From NCBI GenBank assembly GCA_950054485.1, contig CATLPD010000002.1, positions 248,644 through 312,643 of the forward strand: a DNA stretch of 64,000 nt, written 5' to 3'. Numbering within the stretch: the first letter of the stretch is position 1; the number at the start of each line of letters is the position of its first letter. The translations under genes and the position numbers were made by a program. Source of the stretch: an uncultured Alphaproteobacteria bacterium. Its GTDB lineage: Bacteria; Pseudomonadota; Alphaproteobacteria; Micavibrionales; CSBR16-224. This document shows positions 1-10,231 of the stretch, in pieces. The notes beneath the pieces were generated by a model. The model ran no database searches. It had not been told where the DNA came from and was given only the letters and a program-made list of their open reading frames with translations.

Positions 1-57
1 CTTGTAATTTAAGGGGATTTATGTCATACAATACCTTGTTTTAATGAAGGACATAAT

Positions 58-2238
58 TTGACCGGATCAGCAAAAAATATCTCGCTGGCTGATGGCTATG
101 CCCAGCGCCTGATGCGCAAGCTTATGACGACTCGTCCTTCAAAGTTTATTGTCTTTGTTGTCGTTATGGCGACTTTTATTTCCGGTATTGCAACATATAA
201 AACACTTACCGAAACTCCCGAAGCAACGGATCGTATTTTCTGGTTAATCAACATCGATCTGGGACTTTTCCTGATCCTGTCCGTTTTGGTGGCGCGTCAG
301 ATCACACGTATCTGGGCACGTCGCAAGGAAGGGCTTGCCGGGTCGCAGTTGCACGTGCGACTGGTGTTCGTTTTTGGCCTTCTTACGGCCGTACCTGCCA
401 TTTTAATGACGGTGTTTTCAGTCTTTTTCTTTTATTTTGGTGTTCAAGGCTGGTTCAGTGAACGTGTTTCCACGGCAGTCAATGAATCGATTGCAGTGGC
501 CGAAGCTTATCTTGATGAACACCAGCAAACGATGCGGGCCGACGTGCTGGCAATGGCAAATGATCTGGATCGCGCATCTTTTGAATTATCCGATAACCGT
601 AACGCTATGGAGGGTTTTGTCCAAACCCAGTCACAGCTTAGAAACTTATCCGAAGCTATTGTTTTTACATCGTCAGGGCGCGTTGTTGCGCGCTCACGTC
701 TTGCGTTTACTCTGGAATTTGACCCTATACCCGAACGTCTTTTAAACCAGGCACGTAACGGTGATATCGTTCTGCTGGTTAGTGATCAGAATCAGGCACA
801 GGACCGCGTTAGGGCGCTTGTAAAGCTGGATCAATATGTCGATACATTCTTGTTGGTCGGGCGTTTGGTTGATTCCAAGGTGATTGCCCATTTGACGAAC
901 GCACGAGAGGCCGTTCAGGCGTATACAGAACTGGAAGGCCGCAGATCGTCCTTTCAGCTGTCTATTATGTTCATGTTTATTGCTGTTGCCTTGTTGCTTT
1001 TATTACTATCGATTTGGCTTGGCCTTGTTTTCGCAGGTCAATTGGCAGAACCGATTAGTAATCTGATCAAAGCGGCCGAGCGCGTGCGTTCCGGCGACCT
1101 GACGGCGCGCGTTGAGAATGCAAATAATCAAGATGAAATCGGTGCCTTGGGCTTATCCTTTAACAATATGACGTTGCAGCTTGAAACCCAGCGTGACGAG
1201 TTGGTATATGCAAATCATCAAATTGACGAAAGACGCCAATTTATGGAGGCTGTTTTGACAAGTGCGTCATCCGGTATTTTAGGTGTAGACCATAGGCGTA
1301 AAATCACACTGTCAAACCCTGCAGCAGCCAAACTGTTTGGCTATGGGATTGATGCGTTAAATGGTTTATCCCTAAAGAAAGTATCGCCGGAATTCGCAGC
1401 TTTGCTCGACAAAAAAAGTAAAAAAGTCAAAACACACGAAATTGATTACCGTACCCCGGATGGGAAGCACCGTATTTTTTCTGTCAGGATTACAGGCGAA
1501 GGGAACGAGCAAAACAGCGATGTTATTATCACATTTGATGATGTGTCGCCTTTGATGGAGGCGCAGAGAAAAGCTGCTTGGTCTGACGTAGCGCGCCGCA
1601 TCGCACATGAAATCAAAAACCCGCTGACACCTATCCAACTATCGGCCGAGCGTTTGACACGCAAATATCTACCGCAGATCAGTAAAGATGCTGATACCTT
1701 CCAAAAGTGTACGGATACGATTATTAGACAGGTCGAACAAATTGGCCGTATGGTTGATGAATTTGCCGATTTTGCCCGCATGCCTGAACCGGAAAAGAAG
1801 AAAATCAATATTTCGGCTTTGGTGTCTGATGTTGTAACGTTGCAACAACAGGCTTATCCCAAGATTTCATTTGATGTCAAATCGGACAAATCAAAAATTT
1901 ACGCGGTCTGTGACAGTGGCCAGATCACACAGGTTTTAAATAATATTTTGCAAAACGCTGTTGATGCGATCAAAGAAAAGAATACAGGTGATAAAGTTTC
2001 CATTGGTTTGGAAGAAGAAGACGCCTATGTTAAAGTTATTATCGAGGACAATGGTCCCGGATTACCTGAAGATGCCTTACCAAGACTGACTGAACCATAT
2101 GTGACAACGCGTAACAAAGGAACAGGTTTGGGATTGGCGATCGTTAAAAAGATTCTGGATGACCATAACGGTAACCTTGAGCTGGAAAACAAAACAAATA
2201 AAACAGGGGCGCGCATTACATTGCGCTTTGAAAAATAG
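58..2238 (+). CDS. ntrY: Sensor histidine kinase NtrY (membrane, HAMP-PAS-HisKA-HATPase)
   Basis: 726-aa ORF with a TTG start and AAGGA about 7 nt upstream. It has N-terminal hydrophobic helices, H-box RRIAHEIKNPLTPIQLSAE, and ATP-lid boxes EDNGPGLP and GTGLGLAIVKKI. It is followed by ntrX-trkA-hfq-hflX, the conserved alphaproteobacterial order. Confidence 0.85.
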   Translation: MTGSAKNISLADGYAQRLMRKLMTTRPSKFIVFVVVMATFISGIATYKTLTETPEATDRIFWLINIDLGLFLILSVLVARQITRIWARRKEGLAGSQLHVRLVFVFGLLTAVPAILMTVFSVFFFYFGVQGWFSERVSTAVNESIAVAEAYLDEHQQTMRADVLAMANDLDRASFELSDNRNAMEGFVQTQSQLRNLSEAIVFTSSGRVVARSRLAFTLEFDPIPERLLNQARNGDIVLLVSDQNQAQDRVRALVKLDQYVDTFLLVGRLVDSKVIAHLTNAREAVQAYTELEGRRSSFQLSIMFMFIAVALLLLLLSIWLGLVFAGQLAEPISNLIKAAERVRSGDLTARVENANNQDEIGALGLSFNNMTLQLETQRDELVYANHQIDERRQFMEAVLTSASSGILGVDHRRKITLSNPAAAKLFGYGIDALNGLSLKKVSPEFAALLDKKSKKVKTHEIDYRTPDGKHRIFSVRITGEGNEQNSDVIITFDDVSPLMEAQRKAAWSDVARRIAHEIKNPLTPIQLSAERLTRKYLPQISKDADTFQKCTDTIIRQVEQIGRMVDEFADFARMPEPEKKKINISALVSDVVTLQQQAYPKISFDVKSDKSKIYAVCDSGQITQVLNNILQNAVDAIKEKNTGDKVSIGLEEEDAYVKVIIEDNGPGLPEDALPRLTEPYVTTRNKGTGLGLAIVKKILDDHNGNLELENKTNKTGARITLRFEK

Positions 2239-3663
2239 ATGACCAGTGACATTTTGATTGTTGATGATGAAGAAGATATTCGCCTGATGATTGCGGGTAT
2301 ACTTGAGGATGAAGGCTATAGTCCTCGTATGGCCAGCCAGTCAGATGAAGCCCTGCAAGAAATCAAAACAAAAAAACCGGATCTGATTATTCAGGATGTA
2401 TGGCTGGAAGGCAGTAAACTGGACGGTTTGGAAATTCTGGAGCATCTACAGAAATATGATGCGGATTTGCCAATCATTATGATCAGCGGGCATGGCACAA
2501 TTGAAATGGCGGTAAAAGCTCTACAGCTTGGTGCCTATGATTTTATTGAGAAGCCTTTTAAAACAGATAAATTCCTGATCCTTGTTAAGCGGGCGTTGGA
2601 AACCCTGTCCTTAAAGAAAGAAAATAAGGTGTTGCGTGAAAAAGCCATGGATCAGGCGATTTTGGAATTCAATGGTCCTTCCGCCAAGATGAAACAGGTT
2701 CAACAAACAATTGAACGTGTCGCGCCAACTGAAAGCCGGGTTTTAATTACAGGTGCCCCCGGTACGGGTAAGGATATTGCGGCACGTTTGATACATCAGC
2801 ATTCCAACCGCGCCGAAGGGCAATTTGTTGTTCTGAACTGTGCCCTTATGACCCCTGAAAGGCTGGATGAAGAGTTGTTTGGCGTTGAGCAAGAGAGTAA
2901 AATCCTGAAGCGCGGACTGTTCGAGCAAGCTGATAAAGGTACTCTGTTTCTGGATGAAGTCGCTGACATGCCCAAAGAAACACAGGCCAAAATTTTAAAT
3001 GTTTTGACCCACCAAAGCTTTACACGCATCGGTGGGCAGAAACGGTTAGATGTGAACGTCAGAATCGTTGCGGCCACAAATCAGGACCTTAAGGAAAAGA
3101 TCGAAGCCCACGAGTTTCGTGAAGATTTATATTATCGTCTGAATGTTGTGCCCTTAAATATGCCGGATTTGGCCGATCGTCGCGAGGATATTCCGGATTT
3201 GATCAGCTTTTTCTCGGACCGAATATGCCAGTCGAACAACTTGAAACCGGTCAAATTTAGTGATGATGCAATCGCATTTCTGAAAAAATACACATGGCAT
3301 GGCAATATCCGCCAACTGCGAAATATCGTCGAATGGTCTATTATTGTGAATGCCGGATCGGGCGGGGACGTTATTTCCTATGATGTTTTACCCCCTGAAA
3401 TAAAGGGAACGTCGCAGGCAAATTCAAATGATAACCCCGGATTTCAGGCATATTCGGATTTAATGTCGAAACCTCTTCGTGATGCACGCAGCCTGTTCGA
3501 GCGCGAATATTTAAAGTCACAGATCGAGCGCTTTGACGGAAATATATCCAAAACAGCCGAATTTGTTGGTATGGAACGATCTGCACTTCATCGGAAAATA
3601 AAATCCTTGGGGATTAATGACGATGAAGAGAGTGGACAGGAAAAAGAAGACACAGGTACCTGA
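2239..3663 (+). CDS. ntrX: Response regulator NtrX (receiver + AAA+ + Fis-type HTH)
   Basis: The ATG abuts the ntrY stop (TAGATG). Receiver motifs are VDDEEDIR and DLIIQDVWL. Walker A is GAPGTGKD and Walker B is LFLDEVADM. The C terminus has an HTH (ISKTAEFVGMERSALHRKIK). Confidence 0.85.
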   Translation: MTSDILIVDDEEDIRLMIAGILEDEGYSPRMASQSDEALQEIKTKKPDLIIQDVWLEGSKLDGLEILEHLQKYDADLPIIMISGHGTIEMAVKALQLGAYDFIEKPFKTDKFLILVKRALETLSLKKENKVLREKAMDQAILEFNGPSAKMKQVQQTIERVAPTESRVLITGAPGTGKDIAARLIHQHSNRAEGQFVVLNCALMTPERLDEELFGVEQESKILKRGLFEQADKGTLFLDEVADMPKETQAKILNVLTHQSFTRIGGQKRLDVNVRIVAATNQDLKEKIEAHEFREDLYYRLNVVPLNMPDLADRREDIPDLISFFSDRICQSNNLKPVKFSDDAIAFLKKYTWHGNIRQLRNIVEWSIIVNAGSGGDVISYDVLPPEIKGTSQANSNDNPGFQAYSDLMSKPLRDARSLFEREYLKSQIERFDGNISKTAEFVGMERSALHRKIKSLGINDDEESGQEKEDTGT

Positions 3664-3698
3664 ATTGTGTAGAATATCTTTCTAAGGGAGAGGGGTTC

Positions 3699-5075
3699 AT
3701 GAAAGTCATAGTTTGCGGTGCAGGTCAGGTCGGATCGAATATTGCGGCCTATTTATCGCAAGAAGATAACGATGTTACTGTTATCGATATAAATCATCAA
3801 TTAATCAGCGAGATTAACGATCACCTGAATGTCAGTGGTTATGTGGGTAATGCGTCACATCCCGATGTTCTGGAGCAGGCCGGCGCGCACGATGCGGAAA
3901 TGATTATCGCAGCGACCCATGCTGACGAGGTTAATATGGTCGCCTGTCAGGTTGCTCACAGCATCTTTCATATTCCAAAGAAAATTGCGCGTGTGCGCCA
4001 ACAGGTGTATCTGGATCCGTCCTGGGCCAATATGTTCAGTCGTGATCATATGCCGATTGATTTGATTATCTCGCCGGAGGTTGAAGTTTCAAACGCCATT
4101 TTGCGCCGCCTGAACACTGCGGGTGTATTCAACCTGATTCATTTTGCGGATGAAAAAATCAGTTTGGCCAGTGTTATATGTGATAAAGATAGTCCGATTA
4201 TCAATACTCCATTGAAACACCTGACGCCTTTGTTCCCAGATCTGTCCATTGAAATTGTGGCGATTCTACGCGACGACAGGAAAATTATCCCTAATGCCGA
4301 TGAAGTTTTACTTCCAAAAGATGAAGTTTATTTTGTATGCGACAGTGATCATTTAAAGCGTTGCCTTGAAGCATTTGGTAAGACAAGCCCATCAACACGG
4401 CGTGCTATTATTATTGGTGGTGGGAATATCGGTTTGCTTTTGGCTCAAAAAATTGAAGAACACCATCCTGATATCGACCTGCGTTTAATTGAAAAGAACC
4501 TGCAGCGCGCACATGCGGTGTCACAAAAGCTGGGGTCAACATTGGTCTTACATGGTGACGGTTTGAACCGTCAGATTATGGAGGAGGCCAATTCGGACCA
4601 TACAGAGGTCGTGATTACGGTCATGGATAGTGATGAAGCGAATATTCTATCCTCCTTATTGGCCAAAACATATGGAACACAAAGATCTATCACCTTGATA
4701 AACAATACAAATTTTGTCCCGCTCATTTGTAATATGGGGATTGATGCCATTGTAAGTCCGCGTTCTATTACGGTTTCGACAATCTTACAGCATGTCAGAA
4801 AGGGGCGTATTATCTCTGCTCATAGCCTGCGTGACGGCTTTGCCGAAGTTATGGAGATTGAGGCTCTAGAGACATCAAGCGCGATCAACATACCCTTAAA
4901 AGATTTGAAACGTCCGAAGAATACGATTATCGGCGCAATTTACCGAAAAGGGGAGGTTATTATCCCCAGACCCGATACGGTTATCAGGCCACATGATCGA
5001 GTTATTATTTTGGCCGAGCACAATAAAGTCAAAGATATCGAACAAATGTTTTCGGTAAGGCCGGAATATTTTTAA
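3699..5075 (+). CDS. trkA: Potassium uptake protein TrkA (two NAD-binding RCK modules)
   Basis: 458 aa with two Rossmann motifs (VCGAGQVGSN and IIGGGNIGLL), each followed by a TrkA-C-like segment. A GGAGAGGGG RBS precedes the ATG. Confidence 0.85.
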   Translation: MKVIVCGAGQVGSNIAAYLSQEDNDVTVIDINHQLISEINDHLNVSGYVGNASHPDVLEQAGAHDAEMIIAATHADEVNMVACQVAHSIFHIPKKIARVRQQVYLDPSWANMFSRDHMPIDLIISPEVEVSNAILRRLNTAGVFNLIHFADEKISLASVICDKDSPIINTPLKHLTPLFPDLSIEIVAILRDDRKIIPNADEVLLPKDEVYFVCDSDHLKRCLEAFGKTSPSTRRAIIIGGGNIGLLLAQKIEEHHPDIDLRLIEKNLQRAHAVSQKLGSTLVLHGDGLNRQIMEEANSDHTEVVITVMDSDEANILSSLLAKTYGTQRSITLINNTNFVPLICNMGIDAIVSPRSITVSTILQHVRKGRIISAHSLRDGFAEVMEIEALETSSAINIPLKDLKRPKNTIIGAIYRKGEVIIPRPDTVIRPHDRVIILAEHNKVKDIEQMFSVRPEYF

Positions 5076-5166
5076 AAAAATACTTGTTATCTCAATACAT
5101 TGTGTTATTAAGAATTATTAAAAATTTAAAAAAACTTACTGTAATGCATATAAGGTTAGTAAAAAA

Positions 5167-5415
5167 ATGTCTGATAAAGCGCAGAATTTGCAAGATCATT
5201 TTTTAAATACTGTTAGGAAAGAAAAAGCTTCTGTAACGATTTTTCTTGTTAATGGCGTAAAACTGCAAGGTTGTATCACTTGGTTTGATAACTTTTCCAT
5301 GCTGTTGAAACGTGATGATCATGTACAATTGGTTTACAAACATGCGATTTCAACAATTTGCCCTTCAACTCCCATTGTGTTGAACGGCGATGTTGTAGAT
5401 TGTCCTGACGAATAG
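5167..5415 (+). CDS. hfq: RNA chaperone Hfq
   Basis: 82 aa. The Sm1/Sm2 core [57 protein letters not shown] is unmistakable. Confidence 0.95.
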   Translation: MSDKAQNLQDHFLNTVRKEKASVTIFLVNGVKLQGCITWFDNFSMLLKRDDHVQLVYKHAISTICPSTPIVLNGDVVDCPDE

Positions 5416-5464
5416 TTATCAATTATATCATTGAAACTTTGACGAACTCATGTATCTATAGTGC

Positions 5465-6796
5465 ATGGGAATGACGAACGCATATGTAATCGAGCCTTTT
5501 TTAAAGCAGGCGCCATCAAGAACACCGGATGAGAATATAAGGCGAAGCCCCGAGGCCTCGCTTGAGGAAGCTGTGGCCCTGACATCAGCTGTTAAGAACA
5601 TAAATGTCGTTGCTAGCGAGATTTTACCCCTCAGCAAGATAGAGCCCGGCACGCTTTTAACAAAAGGCCATATTGAGAATGTTAAACAGACGATCGAGGA
5701 CCATGAAATTGACCTTGTTATTGTCGATCATGATCTTTCCCCCATTCAGCAGAGGAACCTAGAAAAGACCTGGAAAGCCAAGGTTATTGACAGGACAGGT
5801 CTGATCCTCGAAATTTTTGGGGCACGGGCCAGAACCAGCGAAGGTAAATTGCAGGTTGAACTGGCCGCCATGATGTTCCAAAAATCACGCCTAGTACGCT
5901 CGTGGACCCACCTTGAACGTCAGCGCGGCGGGCTTGGATTTGTTGGTGGGCCGGGGGAAACCCAGATCGAAATTGACCGTCGTTTGATTGGTGAAAAAAT
6001 TACAAAACTGAAGGCGGAGCTTGAAAAAGTTCGTAAGACGCGAAAAATACAACATAAAGCACGCAAATCAGTACCTTATCCCATTGTTGCATTAGTCGGT
6101 TATACGAATGCCGGCAAATCTACACTGTTCAATGCCATGACCGGGGCCGATGTTTTTGCAAAAGATCTGCTGTTCGCTACTTTGGATACGACAATGCGGG
6201 CCATATTATTAGAGCAAGACCTGAAAGTCATTTTGTCTGATACGGTCGGTTTTATATCTGATTTGCCAACCCATCTGATTGCGGCGTTTCGTGCAACCCT
6301 TGAGGAGGTAGAACAGGCAGATATCATCCTGCATGTACGTGATATTGCAGCCGAACATAGCGAAGCCGAAAAGAAAGATGTGTTGGAAACACTTGATGAA
6401 TTAGGGATTAATATTCATAAATCCAACAATATATACGAAGTCTGGAATAAAATTGATTTGCTTGATGCTGAAGAACAAGAAAGATTGATCAATATCGCAG
6501 AGCGTTCATCAAACATTATAGCTGTGTCTGCGTTGAAAAAGACAGGGCTTGATGTTTTAGAAAAGCTTCTGGTTAAGAACTTGAAGAAATATTATCAAGA
6601 GATTGATATCAAAATAGATTATACTGATGGCGATATCGTCTCGTGGATCTATGATCACTGCACTGTCGTTGATAGGAAAGATGCCGAAGATCACATACTA
6701 TTTCACTTGAAGGCCCCATCCGATATCCTCGAGAGGCTGTATGCGAAACTTAACTCCGATAATTATAAAGAAAACATAACCGATGCTGCCCACTGA
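5465..6796 (+). CDS. hflX: GTPase HflX
   Basis: 443 aa with an HflX N-terminal domain and coiled linker. GTPase motifs are G1 GYTNAGKST, G3 DTVGF and G4 NKID. It lies directly downstream of hfq. Confidence 0.9.
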   Translation: MGMTNAYVIEPFLKQAPSRTPDENIRRSPEASLEEAVALTSAVKNINVVASEILPLSKIEPGTLLTKGHIENVKQTIEDHEIDLVIVDHDLSPIQQRNLEKTWKAKVIDRTGLILEIFGARARTSEGKLQVELAAMMFQKSRLVRSWTHLERQRGGLGFVGGPGETQIEIDRRLIGEKITKLKAELEKVRKTRKIQHKARKSVPYPIVALVGYTNAGKSTLFNAMTGADVFAKDLLFATLDTTMRAILLEQDLKVILSDTVGFISDLPTHLIAAFRATLEEVEQADIILHVRDIAAEHSEAEKKDVLETLDELGINIHKSNNIYEVWNKIDLLDAEEQERLINIAERSSNIIAVSALKKTGLDVLEKLLVKNLKKYYQEIDIKIDYTDGDIVSWIYDHCTVVDRKDAEDHILFHLKAPSDILERLYAKLNSDNYKENITDAAH

Positions 6797-7601
6797 AGAC
6801 AAAATATTCGAAGTATTACGTGAAAATGCGGATAAACATATCCTGCCATATTATAAGTCTATGGACGCTGAACAAATTCGCGAGAAAGCCCCTGGAAACC
6901 TTGTAACGGAAGCAGATGAAGCGTCTGAAGAATATCTGACCAAGGTTCTGCCAAAGCTTATTCCCGATAGTCTTGTGGTCGGTGAAGAGGCTGTTTACAA
7001 AGATAAAAATGTTTTGAAATGCCTGGATGCTGATCAGCCGGTCTGGATTGTCGACCCGATTGACGGCACGTATAATTTTACGCATGGACGGTCAAACTGG
7101 GGTGTCTTACTGAGCCTGAGCTACATGGGTGAAATTGTTTTCGGTGTCATGTACGATGTTTTGAACCAACAGTTTATTTTTGCCAAAAAAGGCGAGGGCA
7201 CGTATATATGCGGCGCGGATAATATTAAAAAACCACTGCAGATGACCGCACCGGATAAACCCACGTCTCAATACTGTGGTCATGTTGGCGGGGCACAAGC
7301 ATGGCATTTCAAAAAGCTTAATCCGTTTTGCGGACAAATCAGTAATATCAGATGCTCTTTGCACGATTACTGGTCACTGGTCACGGGCAAAATTGATTTC
7401 ACCTTTCATAGTTCAACAACACCATGGGATCATTCTGCGCCCTCGATTATAATTAAAGAAGCGGGGGGCTATATTGCCGCAGGCGCTGATGCCGACCCAT
7501 ATAATGTCAGACAAAGGCAGAAATATCTGCTATCGACTTATAATCAGGCTGATTGGCAGGAGATGGCTGCTAATTTCCACAGCGTTCTTCAGAAAAAATA
7601 A
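6783..7601 (+). CDS. Inositol monophosphatase family protein
   Basis: 272 aa with IMPase motifs VTEADEASE, GEE, WIVDPIDGTYNF and WDHSAPSIIIKEAGG. It overlaps the hflX 3' end by 14 nt. Confidence 0.75.
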   Translation: MLPTEDKIFEVLRENADKHILPYYKSMDAEQIREKAPGNLVTEADEASEEYLTKVLPKLIPDSLVVGEEAVYKDKNVLKCLDADQPVWIVDPIDGTYNFTHGRSNWGVLLSLSYMGEIVFGVMYDVLNQQFIFAKKGEGTYICGADNIKKPLQMTAPDKPTSQYCGHVGGAQAWHFKKLNPFCGQISNIRCSLHDYWSLVTGKIDFTFHSSTTPWDHSAPSIIIKEAGGYIAAGADADPYNVRQRQKYLLSTYNQADWQEMAANFHSVLQKK

Positions 7602-8396
7602 TCAGGCGGCTTTAGCTTCGCCCAGCTTGACTTCCAGCCATAATTTTTCCTGATCTTCCTGGCTCAGGCTTTCAAATTTCTGGCCTTTTTGTTTTGCCAA
7701 TGCTTCCATTGCGCGAAAGCGGCGTTCGAATTTAAAATTCGCATCGCGTAACGCCATTTCAGGGTCGATCTTCTGCCAACGTGCAATCTGAACCATGACG
7801 AACAAGACGTCCCCGAATTCTTCATGCATCTTCTGCTGATCATTGGCCTTAACTTCATCGGAAAATTCGTCCAGCTCCTCATCCAGTTTTTTCATGACAG
7901 CCTTAAAATTTGGCCATTCAAAACCGACACGCACGGCACGTTTTGACAGTTTTTCTGCGCGGCTTAGTGCGGGAAGGGCGCGTGTAACACCGCTGAGGAC
8001 GCTGTCGTCCTGTTTCTGGTCTTTACGTTCCTGTGCTTTGATGTCTTCCCAATTTTTCAGGACTTCGTCGGCTGTTTCGGCAGATACATCGCTGAAAACA
8101 TGGGGATGGCGGCGTTCCATTTTTTCTGAAATAACCTCGGCTACATCCTCAAAGTCAAATTCACCGATTTCCTTAGCCATCTGGGCGTGAAAAACCACCT
8201 GCAATAATAAATCACCCAGCTCGTCTTTCAGTTTGACCATATCGTTATCTTCGATGGCATCAATCACTTCATAGGCTTCCTCGATCGTATAAGCGCCTAT
8301 AGATTTAAAATCCTGCTTTAAATCCCACGGGCAGCCGTTTTCCGGATCGCGCAACTGTTTCATAATTTCGACGAGGCGTTGTGTTTGAGTCAGCAT
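7602..8396 (-). CDS. mazG: Nucleoside triphosphate pyrophosphohydrolase MazG
   Basis: Tandem MazG domains (GCPWDLKQDFKSIGAYTIEEAYEVIDAIE...ELGDLLLQVVFH and a second EEFGDVLFVMV). I prefer the ATG at 8396 (MLTQTQRLVEIM, AAGGAA upstream) over the ORF-track start at 8432. Confidence 0.85.
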   Translation of the reverse strand: MLTQTQRLVEIMKQLRDPENGCPWDLKQDFKSIGAYTIEEAYEVIDAIEDNDMVKLKDELGDLLLQVVFHAQMAKEIGEFDFEDVAEVISEKMERRHPHVFSDVSAETADEVLKNWEDIKAQERKDQKQDDSVLSGVTRALPALSRAEKLSKRAVRVGFEWPNFKAVMKKLDEELDEFSDEVKANDQQKMHEEFGDVLFVMVQIARWQKIDPEMALRDANFKFERRFRAMEALAKQKGQKFESLSQEDQEKLWLEVKLGEAKAA

Positions 8397-8444
8397 TTTT
8401 TTGTTCCTTTTCCTTAAAACAGGGTATAGCACATTGTTTAAGAC

Positions 8445-8477
8445 AAAAAAAGAACCGGCCGGAAAATTCCGACCGGT
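8445..8477 (-). terminator. Rho-independent terminator (minus strand)
   Basis: The minus-strand RNA reads ACCGGUCGG-AAUUUU-CCGGCCGGU followed by UCUUUUUUU. The stem is 9 bp and includes one G-U pair. That pair would be a C-A mismatch on the plus strand, which supports the minus orientation. Confidence 0.6.
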
Positions 8478-8509
8478 CCCGTGATCACGGAGTACAGTGT
8501 GATAGGAGA

Positions 8510-8650
8510 TTAAGCAGTTGTATATTTCAACAACTGTTTAAAGTTTTGATGACCGTCGGTAAACGGCCACCCGTGATCACATTCTTTTTCCACAGGAAAG
8601 GAAATGGTGTTTGCGCTACCAATTATTTTTGAAAGTTTTGAATAGGGCAT
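8510..8650 (-). CDS. Candidate 46-aa small ORF (MPYSKLSKIIGSANTISFPVEKECDHGWPFTDGHQNFKQLLKYTTA), function unknown
   Basis: This is the only ATG-initiated ORF in the 311-nt gap between the MscS gene and mazG. Its stop lies about 30 nt before the terminator at 8445-8477. The RBS is weak and I recognise no family, so it may instead be 3' UTR or ncRNA. Confidence 0.25.
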   Translation of the reverse strand: MPYSKLSKIIGSANTISFPVEKECDHGWPFTDGHQNFKQLLKYTTA

Positions 8651-8655
8651 ATGAA

Positions 8656-8691
8656 ACTCAATCAAGGTAGTTGAACACTCAATTGAGGTAG
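8656..8691. repeat. Two 15-nt direct repeats with 21-nt period (ACTCAATCAAGGTAG / ACTCAATTGAGGTAG)
   Basis: Read directly from the sequence, with 13 of 15 positions identical. They lie just upstream of the candidate small ORF on the minus strand. Confidence 0.4.
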
Positions 8692-8743
8692 GTAAAAATA
8701 TTAGAAAGTCAAAGGGGCAAAGACATTATTTTGCTAAATTTTC

Positions 8744-10165
8744 CTAAGATTTTTTCTTATTTTCTACCTGTTTTACATGCAGGGCAGGCGCCTTGCCTTT
8801 GTGATCTTCGCCAAAGTAAATTGTCTGATGCGGGAACGGTATCTCGATGTTCTTTTCGTCAAACTTGTATTTCAGTAAACGGTTATATCCGCGACCGACA
8901 AACCATTGTTTTATAGGGAGGGTCTTGACGCGCGCTTTGATGACAACAGCGCTGTCGGCAAATTGGTCTACGCCGACAACTTCCAACGGCTCCAGAATAA
9001 AGTCTTTATATTCAGGGTCGTTTCGCATGACTTCATCAACCTCATGCATGGCCGCAATGACTTTGTCAGGGTCCTCGCGATAGGCAACACCCATGTTGAA
9101 TACATAGTACGAGAAATCTTTGGTAAGGTTTGTGATTGTTGTAATCTCGCCATAAGGCACCGTGTATACGTTTCCTTCAAAATCACGCAGCTGGGCCTTG
9201 CGGATGGTTAAACGTTCAATAACACCTGTATGGCCGGCCAGATTGGCGACATCCCCAACCTGTATAAGGTCTTCAAAAATAATAAAGAACCCTGAGATAA
9301 AGTCTTTAACCATAGCCTGCGCACCAAAACCGATAGCAATTCCTAGGATACCAGCACCCGCAAGTAGGGGCAGGACGTTCACGCCCAATTCAGATAACAA
9401 AATTAATGAGAACATTGTCAGAAAGACGACTAGAGCGATATTCCGGATAATCGGGGCCAGGGTGTTCATTCTAGCTTGCTTATCAATTTCCGCATGAACC
9501 TGCATATATTCGATTGATCCGTCGATAAATTCCCAAACGACGATACCAATCAGCATGACCAGAATAATACTGAAGAGCGTTTTAAAATTGACCAATGCCA
9601 GAATAGCAGAGCTTTGTGGATCTAGGCCCCAGTTGATCCCGATCATGAGGGCCGCAACCAAAAGAATAATCAAATGCCCGCAAAAACGCAGAACCCGTGT
9701 ATATGTGTGCAGACGGTTATGAGACAGGTCAAAGCGGTCTTTAAAAGAAATCAGTCTATTTTTAATTTTGATGCTGATCCGGTAATTGATATACATCAGC
9801 ATTAAGGCGACAAGGACAATCAGCGTTGTTGCTATGATGTTATTGAGCATGGACGAGCTGATGTTATATTGATCCAATGTATCCTGATAATAGCTTTGAA
9901 GTATTTTGATGGGTTTATCTAATCCGAATAATTCTGACAGAGATGTTGCTTTGTCTTCTGTCGTTTCGGCCGACGCTTCGGATAATATCTTTAAATTGCC
10001 GATGAATTCTTCACGTTTTTCATCTGATTCCAGTGTTGAAATCAGGTTATCAAGTTGTTCCTGATTGATTTGAACGCCATCAGTCGCCGCTTCCTGTGCC
10101 AAAGCATCCGGAGCTATGCCTGATAGAAACAATATGCATGATAAAACGATAAGAATTTTCTTCAT
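8744..10165 (-). CDS. Mechanosensitive ion channel (MscS family) with signal peptide and periplasmic N-terminal domain
   Basis: 473 aa. The signal peptide is MKKILIVLSCILFLSGIAPDALA. Several TM helices are followed by the MscS core GAGILGIAIGFGAQAMVKDFISGFFIIFEDLIQVGD and a beta-domain. Confidence 0.8.
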   Translation of the reverse strand: MKKILIVLSCILFLSGIAPDALAQEAATDGVQINQEQLDNLISTLESDEKREEFIGNLKILSEASAETTEDKATSLSELFGLDKPIKILQSYYQDTLDQYNISSSMLNNIIATTLIVLVALMLMYINYRISIKIKNRLISFKDRFDLSHNRLHTYTRVLRFCGHLIILLVAALMIGINWGLDPQSSAILALVNFKTLFSIILVMLIGIVVWEFIDGSIEYMQVHAEIDKQARMNTLAPIIRNIALVVFLTMFSLILLSELGVNVLPLLAGAGILGIAIGFGAQAMVKDFISGFFIIFEDLIQVGDVANLAGHTGVIERLTIRKAQLRDFEGNVYTVPYGEITTITNLTKDFSYYVFNMGVAYREDPDKVIAAMHEVDEVMRNDPEYKDFILEPLEVVGVDQFADSAVVIKARVKTLPIKQWFVGRGYNRLLKYKFDEKNIEIPFPHQTIYFGEDHKGKAPALHVKQVENKKKS

Positions 10166-10231
10166 AAATACCTCTGTTCATAGAATTGTGTCTAACTTAC
10201 AAAACATGAAATAGGCAATCAAGCAGTAATC

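Noticed and set aside
2239-3663. Absence of a GAFTGA sigma54-contact loop in the AAA+ domain
   Set aside because: This is a known property of NtrX-type regulators, not a novelty.
8381-8632. 83-aa plus-strand ORF in the mazG upstream region
   Set aside because: It starts inside mazG, runs through the minus-strand terminator hairpin, and has no RBS. It is unlikely to be coding.
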